Of a stretch of 64,000 nt of DNA, positions 37,122 through 50,172 are shown piece after piece (position 1 is the first letter of the stretch; every line of letters starts with the position of its first letter). The stretch is from Chrysomallon squamiferum (lineage: Eukaryota; Animalia; Mollusca), in contig CM022672.1 of assembly GCA_012295275.1 (NCBI GenBank), forward strand, positions 32,798,001 through 32,862,000. Reading direction: 5' to 3'. A program made the position numbers and the translations under genes. The notes below the pieces were generated by a model. The model did not search any database. It worked only from the letters and a program-made list of their open reading frames with translations, and was not told the origin of the DNA.

Positions 37122-38715
37122 CATATTATACATTTGACCTAAAAAACAACTAACCTGTAAGCTATACTTAAAACAAAGCATCTGAAACAAACATTTCTAG
37201 AATCAATTCATGGACAAATAATGAGAGTGTGTATGTAGGTATTCTGTGTTTTTTTATTATGTATGTATGAGTGGTATGTATAAGTATCTCTGTGTTTGTA
37301 TTATGTGTGTAAGAGTTTGTTTGTGTAGTGAGTGATTATGTGTATGAGTTTGTATGTGTTTGTATCTGTGTGTATTATTTTGTATGAATTTGTATGTACG
37401 TAATTCTGTGTACCTGTATCTTTCTTTTGTATTTGTATGTATGCATGTATGTGTATCTGTGTGTATTTGTGTGTATATATGTATGTATGTGTATCTGTGT
37501 TTATATTATGTGTTTTTATGCATGTATGTATGTGTTTGTATTATGCGTTTTTTTGTATATGCATGTATGTATGTGTATCTATTTGCAGTATGTGTATCTA
37601 TTTGCATTATGTGTATCAATGTGTGTTTTTATGTATATGTCGGTGTATTATGTGTGTGAGTGTATATATTTGTGTATCTCTGTATAATTCTGTATCTGTG
37701 TGTTTCTATTTTCTGTGTAATTGTGAATGTAGGTGTATACCTGTGTATTTGTATTGTGTATGAATGTAGGCATTTATATATCTACGTATATTATGTGTGT
37801 GCAAGTGTACGTACTTGTGTATGTCTGTGTGAGTCAGTTCATTATAAATGTGAATCACCGGGTTGGTGTGCGCGATATAATCAATGGACCTGTTGGTCTG
37901 TGCATTTCTAGGCGCGTGTGCACGTACCTGAGTGTGCCAATACATTTATGCAAAGTTAGTTTGCGCGCTCTCTCCATTTATATGTATATAGATAGATATA
38001 TGCTTTTGTCATTGTGTATATTTATATGTGTGTGTGTGTGTACATATATACACAGATACACAGAACACTAAATCACGACTCCATCCTGGTATCAGCGAGT
38101 CATGAATATCAGAATATTCCAATGAATGTAACCATAGTTACCTGTAAACCTCTATATTTCATTACTGTTAGTTATATAATCATCACTTGATTCATTTTTC
38201 CATGAAAAAATTACGCCACCGTTTGCATTGCTTGTTTCACATTTCAGAGACATTGTTCCGTTATCAGCAAGAAAATTGTTTTTATTTCATTCGATGCTGA
38301 CTCTTTGCGGACCATCTGTTAAACAAAACAGTAGTAATGTTTAATACTACAAGAAGAAATATACTACATGAACTTCAAGTTCAGTGATTTCAAGTTTTTG
38401 TTTAGTCCGAGTACTTTTGTCTTCTGCCGCCTGCTGACCTGTCCATCATCGAGTGAAGCCAGCGAACTCGGACTACCAGTCTTTGTCTGTACATTTTGTT
38501 TTTTTTTTTATTTTTATTGTCCTAGTTGAACTCAGAATGTATTGGTCCATGCCACAGATCATTTCGATATCTGATACAGTCCAAGGACAGTCAGATGGCC
38601 AGACGACTAACTTGCAGAACTCGGCCACTCCTCTTAACTTCAACTGTTTGACCTTTGCAGGATCGTAACACGAGCCTCGAAATAATCCAGGGCCGCTTTC
38701 TGCTATATCCCTCAA
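34670..38715 (-). pseudogene. Putative decayed multi-exon CTL + Ig-domain gene
   Basis: ~38715-38400: LFRGSCY...VAEFC../SGHLTVL (CTL N-terminal pattern). 38315-38142, AG/GT bounded: GPQRVSIE*...DNGTMSLKCETSNANGGVIFSWKN (Ig B-C strands). Weaker exon-like pieces at ~36197-35900, ~35367-35257 (GVENVISCT) and ~34800 (LTC...YQW). Stops throughout. Confidence 0.5.
37225..38045. repeat. Degenerate TG/TA-rich low-complexity tract
   Basis: Mixed tgta/tgtg/tatg units; produces the overlapping C/V/Y/M-rich spurious ORFs. Confidence 0.9.
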
Positions 38716-38734
38716 CTATGTAGAGAATAGATTA

Positions 38735-38819
38735 TAGTAGTAGTAGTAGTAGTAGTTGTAGTAGTAGTACTAGTAGTAGTAGTAACAGTAGTAGTAGTAA
38801 CAGTAGTAGTAGTAACAGC

Positions 38820-38849
<30 letters not shown>
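38735..38849. repeat. (TAG)n microsatellite, imperfect
   Basis: Direct reading. Confidence 0.95.
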
Positions 38850-38850
<1 letters not shown>

Positions 38851-39502
38851 AGGTAATAGTTGACATGAAAATAAAATAAAATAAAATAAAATAAAATGTT
38901 TTTCGCTGCCATGACAACTCGTTTATCGATCGACTTCAAGTCGTGTCGCAGCGCTCAAACAAAATTAATAAACTAGGTCACCCCCACCCCATACCATCCC
39001 ATCCAGTTCTCAGTACTCACTGCTGATGTGAATTTCACCTTAAACACTGCACAAACAACTGACGCTTTACAATTCTTTAGTATGAAAGAAGAAACATTTT
39101 TTCATGTGAACAAGAACAACAATTAAATAAACATCATCAGTAAAAACAACGACGACAACAACAACAACAAAAATAATAATAACTCAAAATAATCGAAGAA
39201 AGAAAAGAAAAAATATAAAAAGATAATGAAATAAACAAAGCGAGAAAATTAACAATAATAATAATAATAATAATAATAATCATACAGATAATAATTCAAA
39301 CCGTTTTTAAACTTATGAAGTAAAGACATATATAGAAACCTTTTCTTATTAGTATTCATTAAAATTATATTTAAATAAATAAATAAACATAAAATAAATA
39401 ATTGTTAAAATAATTAAAACTACAACTTTTTTCCAGAAATGAGATAAAGCGCTGAAACAAACAAAGAACAAACCATTGAAACACAGGTAAAAAAACTAAC
39501 TT

Positions 39503-39566
<64 letters not shown>

Positions 39567-40141
39567 CAACATCCCAAAGGCTGACTGTGCTGAAGCCTGG
39601 GACCCAAGTAATCTGTTTTGTTTTGTTTAGTGCTAAATGTTAACACTATGTATAACGTAATCGCTCCATGCGCGTCACTGAAATGAATTTATAGGAATAC
39701 TCTCTGATACGAGAGACGCTAAGAGAACATTAAACTATATTCTGGATCAGTTTGTTGAAAAGATTAACAAGTAAAAATTTTAAGTAGGTAGATACATAGA
39801 AAAACCGATTTATATTTAACATTATAGTGCAGTACCGGTATTTTAGGATTGTCTTTTTTCATGATAATTAAAAGTTGTCTGATAAGATGAAATTATTTTC
39901 TTTATTACTCTACTAATTACTTCATTTGTAATGTTATTGTAATAAATGTTAGAAAAACGAGTGTGAAATTCGCGGGGCGGGTACAAAGAAGCTCGAAGTC
40001 TAAGGTTAATACGGCACTGACTGTAGTCATTACGTGATTTGTATGTGTGCTGTTGTAAAATATATGAATACCTCCACGTGTAAAGTCTTATGTTTAAAAC
40101 ACCACTTAGCAGCAATGTAGTGTATATGTGTATGTATCAAA

Positions 40142-40184
<43 letters not shown>

Positions 40185-40538
40185 CATTTTTGGTACAATA
40201 GTTAGGACAATCTCAATGGTTTTTCAGTTGTTACTTGGTATTTTATTAGTATTATCATCATAATCATCATCATTATCATCATCATACTTCTTTTTTCTTT
40301 TCGTCATGTTCCCAATCATCAACGGAATAACATTATCATTAAAATTATTATCTTCGTCATCAACATAGTTAACATAATTCAACGTGTACAGTTAAACAGA
40401 CAAATACAGTCAAAGAAAAACAGACAAGTTATAGACATGAAAGAGTAAACAGAGTTTTAGTTATTTAATATATAACACAACTAATCGTGTACAAATAATT
40501 AAAAAAACACAAACATAAAAGTCAGACCGGAAATTACT

Positions 40539-41034
40539 TTATATCTCACAAAACGCTTTTCTTCGACAGATAAAATCTTTCTGGATTCCGCAGATTTCAT
40601 CGTTCCACTTTAATCTGTATATTCAGTTTAGATGCACGCAATTCTCTTTTCCTCCTCCGTTAACCGGCTGATGGCTGTTCCAGTAAATGTAGTTAAGTCT
40701 TTTGAAGTGTTGACAGGAAGACTCCCTTGGAAACGACCTTAACCGTCGATGTCATTTCCACCAACCCAGTGCATGTCGGCTGTAAGATATAATTAATATC
40801 TGAAGTTAAAATGTTTTGTTAAGAATGAGAGAAGAAAGGGTATTTAGAGAATGAGAGAAGAAAGGATATTTAAAAAACGAGAAACGAGGAAAACGACAAC
40901 CGAATGAATGTAACGAAAGTTTGAAAAGCACTTTTATTCTTCCATTTTTATTTATTTATTTGGAGACAGACTGAAAAAATAGCCATGTGGAAAGACATAG
41001 TAAAAGAGAAAATTCATGAAAACTAAGCTGAAAA

Positions 41035-41065
<31 letters not shown>

Positions 41066-41383
41066 ATTCAGAGAAAAACGTTTACTTTATGAAGTATGAG
41101 AACAGTGAAATACAAAAGTAGAAAATACTGCTAACGTAATAATGATGAAAGTAAAATGGAAATTCTAAACAACAAAATAGTACAGATGAATATCACAAAT
41201 TTCTAATATATGTAACGAAAAGCTCACTAATGATGTAAGACAGGTAAATAACAACTATTATCTACAAAGTAGTATACACGTGATCTTATCTTGTCGTCTG
41301 TCCACGAAACAGCGACAGATTTTCACGAAAACCAGTAGCAATGAACTTTGTTTTATCAAATACTTTTGGACTCTACGTAGCCT
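40539..41383 (-). pseudogene. Perlucin-like C-type lectin pseudogene (exons ~41383-41285 and 40779-40539)
   Basis: Upstream exon ...KVHCYWFS*KSVAVSWTD. Terminal exon DMHWVGGNDIDG*GRFQ.../LNYIYWNSHQPVNGGGKENCVHLN*IYRLKWNDEICGIQKDFICRRK contains the WxGxND, QPx, ENC, WND and FIC CTL motifs, with stops and a frameshift. Confidence 0.9.
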
Positions 41384-41397
41384 CTGAAATACTACTG

Positions 41398-41436
<39 letters not shown>

Positions 41437-42031
41437 ATAATAATAATAAGAAGAAGAAGAAAGAAGAAGAAGAAGAAGAACAACAACAACAACAACTGTT
41501 AATACAAGTTTTTTTCTACTGCAACTACTATTTCTTCTACTAATATATATTATTTCTATAGCAACAACAATACTAATAAAGCTGCTATCTGAAAAAAGGA
41601 GTTTCCCATTTGAACATATATTCACATCACAACAACCAAAACTGGTTAACGACAAAAGTATGTAACCGCTAACTGTTTTGAACAATTGTTACGATATTAT
41701 ATTTATATATAGATAGCTGAACTACAACATGGTGATTTTATTCACAGAAACCATCTCAACATTCAGTCTAAATTTTCGGTTACAGAACGGTTTGTCACAA
41801 ACGAATACGGCCACATTAATTTTTGTATTTTCATATGTTACGGAAATGGCCGAACGTTATGAAATATCGAGTTCCTACAGTCTAGAATTGTATTGTTTAG
41901 TTATGTAACGCAGTTATAAAAAGACAAATTAGGAAAATAAGTCAGATAAACATTTTTTAAATGTATAAATGTATTACCAGGCAAAGTGATAAGTAAATGA
42001 TTCAGTGATAAATAAAACGGTCGATTAACTT

Positions 42032-42116
42032 CGCCATTTTACGTAATCAGAATGACGTCACTAAACAAGTAACAACAACAATAGCAACATGGCGAACAAT
42101 TGAAAATTCACGAAGG
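42032..42116. promoter_or_regulatory. Promoter-like motif cluster (YY1-CRE-YY1)
   Basis: cgccatttt 42032-42040, tgacgtca 42053-42060, aacatggcg 42086-42094. Motif match only. Confidence 0.3.
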
Positions 42117-42379
42117 TTTATGTTTTTATTTATTCTAATAACTGGTTGATGGATATGATGTAAATTTAGTTTATTTCGATTACTTGGTGATTCTTTTCTT
42201 TAAAGATAATTTACTTAAAACTGGAAGACTGTGCAGACCTAGTGAATCGTGAAAATGTAAGTCGCTTATTTTTATTATATATTTGTAGTTGTAACAGTAA
42301 ACTATTTTTTATTGTTTTAATTCTTCATCATCAGCATACATATCTTCTTCTTTTTCTGCTTCTTATTCTTCTTCTTCAC

Positions 42380-42430
<51 letters not shown>

Positions 42431-42784
42431 GATATTATTATTAATACAAACTGAATACAAAAACCTCGTATATTGTTACAAATCAAGATAAAACACTACA
42501 GTTATTATAGCTACTACTGCTACCATTGCTATTATTTCTGTTATTAATGTTGCTACTAAAGTAGTAAGATAAAACTACTACTGATACTGCTTCTACTACT
42601 ATTTCTATTTCCAATATTGTAGATATAACTACTAATAGTAGTTTTGTTAATCTTAGAATAATTACATATGTATTGTTGATCAGGGAAACATAACTGAAGT
42701 AACTGCTTTCAGAATTTAACAGATGCATCAGAAATACACAACTTGTATATAACTGGCTCATGCTTAATAATAGCAATAACAATA

Positions 42785-43104
42785 ATTTTAGTACTAGTGG
42801 TGGTGCTAAGAGTAGTGGCAGTAGTATAGTAGTACTATTACTACTGATAATTATAATCTATTTGTTCTTTTTACATTTTAGTACTAGTAGTGGTGCTAAG
42901 AGTAGTGGCAGTAGTATAGTAGTACTATTACTACTGATAATTGTAATCTATTTGTTCTTTTTACATTTTAGTACTAGTAGTTGCAGTAGTATAGTAGTTT
43001 TATTTAATTTAGTACTAGTAGTGGTGCTAAGAGTAGTGGTAGTAGTATAGTAATACTAGTACTACTGATAATTATAATCTATTTGTTCTTTTTACATTTT
43101 AGTA
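42785..43104. repeat. 90-bp tandem repeat (~3.5 copies, one truncated)
   Basis: Unit attttagtactagtRgtggtgctaagagtagtggcagtagtatag...ctatttgttctttttac at 42785, 42875, 42965 (partial) and ~43007. Confidence 0.92.
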
Positions 43105-43229
43105 CATTAATTTTGTTGTTTGGGTTTTTCTAATCAGTGATTTTTAGCATACAATTTAAAGAAATCATTAATTTCAAGAAAATGTACTTGAATATTAGAA
43201 TAACATTTGAAGAAATCCAGTATTACAGA

Positions 43230-44260
43230 TATGGTTATGGTATGATTAGAATGAGTGTTAGTGTTTTCATAAGGGTTAAGGTTATCTTTGGGTTGGGTGT
43301 TGGTATTTAAGCTTGGGTTAGGATTTGGGCTAGATACTGCATTAGAGTTAGGTTTAGGGTATTGATGAGGGTTAGCATGTGGGTTTGTTTTGTGTTTACT
43401 GTTGGTGTAGGCTAGCATTAGGGTTGGGTTGGGGTTAGGATTAAGGTCAGTGCAGGCATTAAGGGTTAAGCTTTGGCTGTGAGTGATTATTAGGGTTTAG
43501 TACTGGGGCTGGCTTTAGGATTAGGGTAGGATTCATTTCATTGTATATTTAGTTGAAGATACTTTTGATAGAAAACTTGAAAAATGTTATGATGAATTAA
43601 AATTAATTTTAAAATATAATGTATTTTAGGATAAAATTTGAAATAAGTTTTATTTCAATAAGTCATTAATTTATCACACCGTTACAAGTAAGGTTAAGGC
43701 TATATTTAGGGTTAACGTTATGGATACCATTAAGATTAGGGCTGTTTTTAGCATTAGGATCAGGATTGGAGTGGAGTTAGATATATGAGCAGGATTAAAG
43801 TTAATTTTAATTATCTGTTTATCTTAAAGTATTGTTAAAAAAAAAAAAAAAAAAAACATATGTTGAATATTAGGATCAAAAAGATTTGGGTTAGGTTTGA
43901 GATAAGGGTAAGACTTATGATTATGGTTAGATCATTTAATTATCAGTATATCTTAATAAATAATTTTTTATACGGAAAACTGGGATACAAATAAATAAAT
44001 AAATAAATAAATAAATAAAATTGTTGTGAGTATTATGATAAAATTTAAAATAACTTTTTTATTAAAAAAAAAATCACTTGGGAAAGTTTGTGATGAGCCT
44101 TAGTGTATATTTGAAAATCAATTTTGTTTCAATAAATCCTTAATTTATTATACTGTTACATAAGTAAGGTTATGGATATGGTTAGAGTTATTGTTATCTT
44201 TAGGTTACTGTTAGGGCTAGGTTTTAGGTTTAACATTAAAGTTATGGTAAGGCTTAATTT
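43230..44260 (+). repeat. Degenerate TTAGGG-like interspersed tract
   Basis: Dense gggttag / ttaggg / ggttag / gttagg words in patches at ~43230-43530, 43690-43790, 43885-43930 and 44165-44255. Confidence 0.7.
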
Positions 44261-45079
44261 GACGGGTTACAGCCAGAAACTGGTAAAATGCAAAACAAAG
44301 TTTCAGTTTTCTGGCATTTGTACATGCACTGACCCAGGTTTTAAAATTTCACATGTTCATAGCTTGTTAAATAACCCATCTCTTTAGAATATTTTATCAC
44401 AGTAGTTCTATATATTAGCTCACCTCCCCACCAGAATCACTTATGATATTCTGACATATGAAAATCACAGACTTAAAATGTTGTAAAAAAATCATCAGTG
44501 CAGATGAGTCATTTTGTCATAAAGTGAACTGTGACACATATAAAGGAACACAACGTTGTAAATCCACATAGGTGTGGCAGCATAGGATAACCAGTCACAT
44601 GGTGAAAATGATCAAAACTCAGATTTTGATGGAATAAGATAAATCACATTCTACAGATCAGTGTTGTATGATGTCAGAGATTTCAGGTGAATCTTCACAA
44701 AATAAGTGTGCAGTTTTAGCGTAATTTCGTTAATTAAAATTTTGACAGGTTATCCTAATCAACCACACCTATGTCTTTTTGCTTTTGATATGTTTATCAA
44801 ACAGTCATGACCATAATAGCATAGGTGGAAAAGCAGTGCACTAGAAACAATTATATTCAATATATAATGTTAATATATTAAACTCATCTGAACATTTAAA
44901 GCAAAAATTTGTTATAAAAAGAAATATTTCAGTATTAAAATTTAACATTCTGTTTTGAATCTGATATTTAAAACTGATATTAAAAGTTTAAATTCACACT
45001 TCTAGTGATTACAGTAAATGGCTGGTTTAGAGCAACATTGCAAGTTTAACCTTTCATTCTGAATAATTTTTACTTTCCA

Positions 45080-46500
45080 TTGCTTCAGGTAGTGGATATC
45101 AATCTCCTGTTTTGTCATCCAGTGAAATTTTATAATAATGTTGAGGATATTCTGAGGGTATATATCTATGTTGACACAATGAAATAAGATATTTTTCTCT
45201 TTTGTTCAGAAATTGGCAGTTTTTGTTTATAAGAGACAAACCAACTCTTCATCGAACTAAAAACTTCATCTTTCTCACTGAGCCTTTCCTCTGATTTTCT
45301 AAACTGTAACCATTTTATTCCCATCCAGTTAACCCCATTGCCTGTGGAATAGCCTGTACAAAGAGGCAAAATATGTTTAACTTATTGTTTCATATTCAGG
45401 AAATATGGTATTTTAAAAGTATATTTCTTTACGTGAGCTATTCTGACCTGTCACATTATGGCCGAACCTAAATAGAAATATTTGTTTAGCCTTTCTGTAG
45501 CAGAATGAACAGAATCACGTAACATCTGTGTATAAGCTGTCTCCAGTAGTTTGTGATCAGTACATTAACAACAACATGGAGAAGGCTGTGACTATAAAAT
45601 GTTTCCTGTTTTATCCTGATTATGAATCAAAGATACACAAGATGTAAGCTGTGGCAATGGCTTGATGTACATAACTAAACATGTGCCTATTTACATGATC
45701 CAAAGGTAACAGAATACTCCTCCACTGTTCAGTTTGTAAAATCTTAAGAAGCAGCAACTCCATTTTCTTTTGTAATGCAAATCAATCACCAAAGAAAAAA
45801 ATACTGGAAGAACAGGTTCAAAATCAAATGAGGCAATATTATATGAAATGCTGTGATTTTCAATTATTTTGTCCAAGTACTTCATAATCTGTTTTCATAT
45901 CACTTGTCACCTGTCCTCAGTCTTTTTTTTCACACAAAATACCATTTATATCTGGGACTGTGGAATGTATAACTGCATTCACTGTAGAAAACACTTCTAT
46001 TGTTTGAAAGGAAACAGGTTTCTTTCTATTGTTTTAACACTGATCATATATAAACTACACATTCAGATCAGAGCTGAATAGCTGGCTCTTGGTATTCTGC
46101 TTTGTGTATGTGCTTTCAGTACAAGAAAAGATTGTGTAATTTCAAACATAATTAATCATTTCTCTTGCTGTTTTTCTTTTGTCTGCTTTATTGTTGTCTC
46201 GGTAATTTTTCTACTACCTTTAGTGTTTTATTATAACAGATTTGCATACATGAATGCTTTGACCAGCTAGTGACAAAAAAAAAAAAGCCCTAGCTTTTTT
46301 AGCATGCAGAATTATCTACTATGTTATGATACGGAAAATGTATCTCCTTGTCACAGGACTGAAGAAATCAAAATGAAATGAATAAATGTCTCACTGCAGT
46401 TTTGACAGTTTTCTCTGATATAATTGTGTATTCCTTCCCACCTGTCTCTAGCCTTTCCCTGGATTTTTTAAAAAAATGTTCCAGTGTTTTCACTTTTCTT
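45080..46500 (-). mobile_element. Sola1-like DDE transposase remnant
   Basis: FSCTESTYTKQNT..SSDLNV; ASFDFEPVLP..HYKRKWSCCFLRFYKLNSGGVFCYLW; HKLLETAYTQMLRDSVHSATER (recalled consensus KFLESGHTQMECDSVHSxIE); VNWMGIKWLQFRK. Confidence 0.8.
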
Positions 46501-47109
46501 CTTCTCTTTCTTTTTCTTATTCTTATTATTATTATACTTGCTTATTTTCCTAATAGAAACAGTGGCAAGGTGATTTTTCTTTTTCCTTTTGTGTGTCCAC
46601 ATGGATATTAATTTTTTGTGAGGTGGTGTTTAATGTGAAGACTGCATTATGTCAGGTATATATAAATTGTAATGTTCAAGTTATGTGTGAGTTAAAAGAC
46701 AGTTTCCTTTAAGAATCTTGTTTTCTTTGTGGGTTTCATTTCATATACAAGTCTTACGTAGTTACTTGAGAATATCTTCAGTTTATTTTCAAGTAAATTA
46801 GCTACAGCTAGAAGTAAAGTATCTATATTAACTACTGACCAATTTTCACCCACTCCAAAGTATTCAGCCTGCTGATTATGCTTGTCTAGGCAAATTTATA
46901 TATGACATAGCTTCATTTTTCCTTTTCCTTTCTTCATTAATTCCTTCTTTCTTAATTCTTTCTTTCTTTTATTTATTTCTTTCTTAATTATTCTTTTATA
47001 ATTATTATTTATTTTCCAGTTGAAATAATAACACATAACTGAAAGGTAACTATTAGTACGTTAAAGTAGATATGATTGCAAAAAGGGTTTAAAGTGGATC
47101 TTACTATAT

Positions 47110-47309
47110 NNNNNNNNNNNNNNNNNNNNNNNNNNNNNNNNNNNNNNNNNNNNNNNNNNNNNNNNNNNNNNNNNNNNNNNNNNNNNNNNNNNNNNNNNNN
47201 NNNNNNNNNNNNNNNNNNNNNNNNNNNNNNNNNNNNNNNNNNNNNNNNNNNNNNNNNNNNNNNNNNNNNNNNNNNNNNNNNNNNNNNNNNNNNNNNNNNN
47301 NNNNNNNNN
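47110..47309. other. Assembly gap (200 N)
   Basis: Run of exactly 200 n; a round size typical of a scaffolding placeholder. Confidence 0.99.
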
Positions 47310-48083
47310 CTGTACAATTCCTGACATTTAATCGGTGCACAGTCACTGAATATTTGTTTGTGAACATTTTTGAACCACTGACACCATTTCTGACACTGTC
47401 CACACTTAGGTAATTGCAACCACTTTTCTGTCAGTTGTTAATTATACCCATCAGTTTTAATCGTTCACGTGGCGGGTTTGTTATTAAAGGTAAATGTAGT
47501 TCAGTAGCTTCACTTTGTTTCCCTCATACAACGACATTAACTAGTTCGGCTTTGTTTATGAATGCATTTATTTTTAAAAATGAGAAAGGCTGTCCTAGTG
47601 TCATTAAAATTTAGAAACACACACACACACAGACACAATGGCATTCAGAGAAATACATAGAGTAGATAGTGTTTTCAGCAAACAGTTTCAAATGAATACT
47701 TGTCTCACTTATATGTTATTTTCAGTTTTGTTTCTTTTTTTTTTATTTCAAGGGTCATGGACGATACTAGGGTACAACCATTGTGACCTTTGCTCCCAAG
47801 ATTAATCACAGACAGCATTTTTTGGATTACTGTTTTGCTATGCACTTGATTTTGACTAATGTAGAACAGAGCCTTTATTTACCATTTCAAATCAGAATGA
47901 GTCATGATGGGCAATAGTACCAGTATGTGCTTTACAGTTTTCGTTCAGTTTGTCGAAGTCATTCCACATACTTTGGCATTTCTTGTTGATGTGGCAATCG
48001 TTCTTGACCGAGTCTAACTTGTCTGACAGTCTCGATGAAACGCCATATGGTATCAGAAAATAGCTGCTTCAAATCGTCTAGAT

Positions 48084-50122
48084 CAGGGGCAGGCAAACAT
48101 TTTAAAACAGGGGCTGCATGGGTCTTACAGGAAGAGCACGAGGGCCAGAATATGAAACGAGAACAAAAAAGATTTCAAAACGTGTATTTTATGTAAACTG
48201 TAAATTCACTTTTAACGAATGTTAGAAGAGTTAATGAGATGGGTGGTGTTGCATACCACGAAGCTTAATTGATGAGGTGGACAAGAGAAGAATGTCATTT
48301 AGATGGCAGTCAGAGAGTTGCGAGCGGAGGTGATACTTTGTATATTGCATTTTCGAGATCAGCTGTTCACAACAAAATGTTCTTCTGAAGATAATTACAA
48401 TGTGCTGAACATGTTTAATAAATTGTGGAAATTTGCCAGATGGAAGGAGACATCATGAAAGAAGGAAAGAGGAAAAGAAGTGCGCAACTTATCTTTTAAT
48501 TCATCATTGCATCATATCTACCAACTCCATCTGCAAGGAAGCTGTAGAATCTTCCACTGGGATTTCAAAAGGGGTCCTGAACAATTTGAAATCTGCAGAT
48601 AGTGGTCGGATACTTCCAAAACGGGAGACAAATTCTTTCCGCAGTGAACTGATGACTGCATCACAAGTCGATATCAGGAAATGAGCAAGCAACAAGATGA
48701 GGAAAATGCTGGAACTGACCATTAGACAACTGGGATTCCCACAAGCGTAGTTTAACTTCAAATGCTGTGAGTACATACATCTCTGGAACAAGAATGTCCT
48801 ACCTTGCAAACTGACATTGAGCATTTTGAGGTATGTGGTGATATCCATAAGAAAAGCCAAGCAGGCAGCCATTTTGAGTCTACACGAGACAGCATGGCTC
48901 CACGAATCAGCACTTCAGAAAAGTAGGTCAGGTCACCGTTGTGTGCATTGACTTCGTCCATCAGTACGTACCAGGAACTGGCGATATTTCAGACTGTGAG
49001 AAAGTACAGAACTGACAACCTTCACTACAGTTGACTTGACATCAACGACATTTGCAGACTTGGCAACAGACATTCTTCGTGGATGATGCAGTGCAGTTCA
49101 TGGATGGTCTGATTGTGTCCAAAAGTCTCACTTTGTCAAACGAACAAAGAAGCCGAACCTTTATTCTCTCCAATTACTGCCAATGCCCCATGAGTTTTTA
49201 CACTTACAAGACCGGAGAGATCAAGGGAGTGATGCTCCAAACACTGAAATAAGGCAATGAACATGTCTTTTCCAATGGTGGTGCCATTTAGTGGATCAAT
49301 TCAAATAACTCTTCATGCACCTCGAGGGCAGAAGTGATATCACGTATGAAAATAGCCAGTTCGGCTGTGTCTTACATATCAGGACTCTCGTCAAGAACAA
49401 AAGAGACAGCGACAAAGGTCGAGGACTTACTCTTTAATGAGTCTTGCACACTGTCAACGTGGCGATGAATAGTACGAGACGACAGACGTTGTTCTGGGCA
49501 GACAGAATTCACCACAGTCATGAGACATTCCTCGACAAAGTCTTCATCCTTTGAGCAAGTAATAGTGAAACTTCGTAACTGCACCGTGCCACTTTTTCAT
49601 GCTGAGTTATCTGTTTACGAAACATCAAAGTGCCCTTTTTGAAATTGTCTGACAGTTCTGCGATGGTATCCTTTTTCTCCGTCCACTTAGAGTTGAATAT
49701 TCGACTTTCCGTATCCACTTTTCTCAGTTTTAAATGCGAGGTTGCGGACATGATTGGCTGGGGGAAAATGATAGATAGTAAAAAGCAAAAATGCAAAAAC
49801 CAGTTCTGTTTGTGACAGCAAGAAGTTAGCGTGGTTCAATTCGCCCGCGTGTGTAACTGACACATCGTTATAGTTTGCATATTTTGAAGCAACCGGTCAT
49901 TTAAAATTCGGTTACGGGCACTATTGATTCGACGAGCACCTTCAAGACGCCTTAAATCTTAAATCTCCAAGCGACTTGAATAATAAAAAAAATAGCTATG
50001 TCAACTGATATATTTCATTGACTTTTATTTTGCTGTCTCTCGGGCCGGATGGCAATGTTAATTGTGAACACTTTGGCGGGCAAGCCAATAAACCTTCGCG
50101 GGCCAAAGTTTGCCCGCCCCTG
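48084..50122 (-). mobile_element. hAT Buster/SPIN-like element, copy 2 (within the duplication)
   Basis: caggggcaggcaaac ... gtttgcccgcccctg, with the same flanks (gtctagat / gtctagaa) as copy 1. Confidence 0.95.
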
Positions 50123-50133
50123 GTCTAGAAAAA

Positions 50134-50172
<39 letters not shown>

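Noticed and set aside
39830-40022. Possible MITE ending ...ggttaatacggcactg
   Set aside because: Only one convincing terminus; the candidate partner at ~39830 matches poorly.
47009-47419. ORFs spanning the X run
   Set aside because: Artefacts of the 200-N gap.
25064-50122. The two inverted hAT copies as ends of a composite macro-transposon
   Set aside because: Identical flanks extend kilobases beyond both elements, so they are one insertion copied by the duplication.
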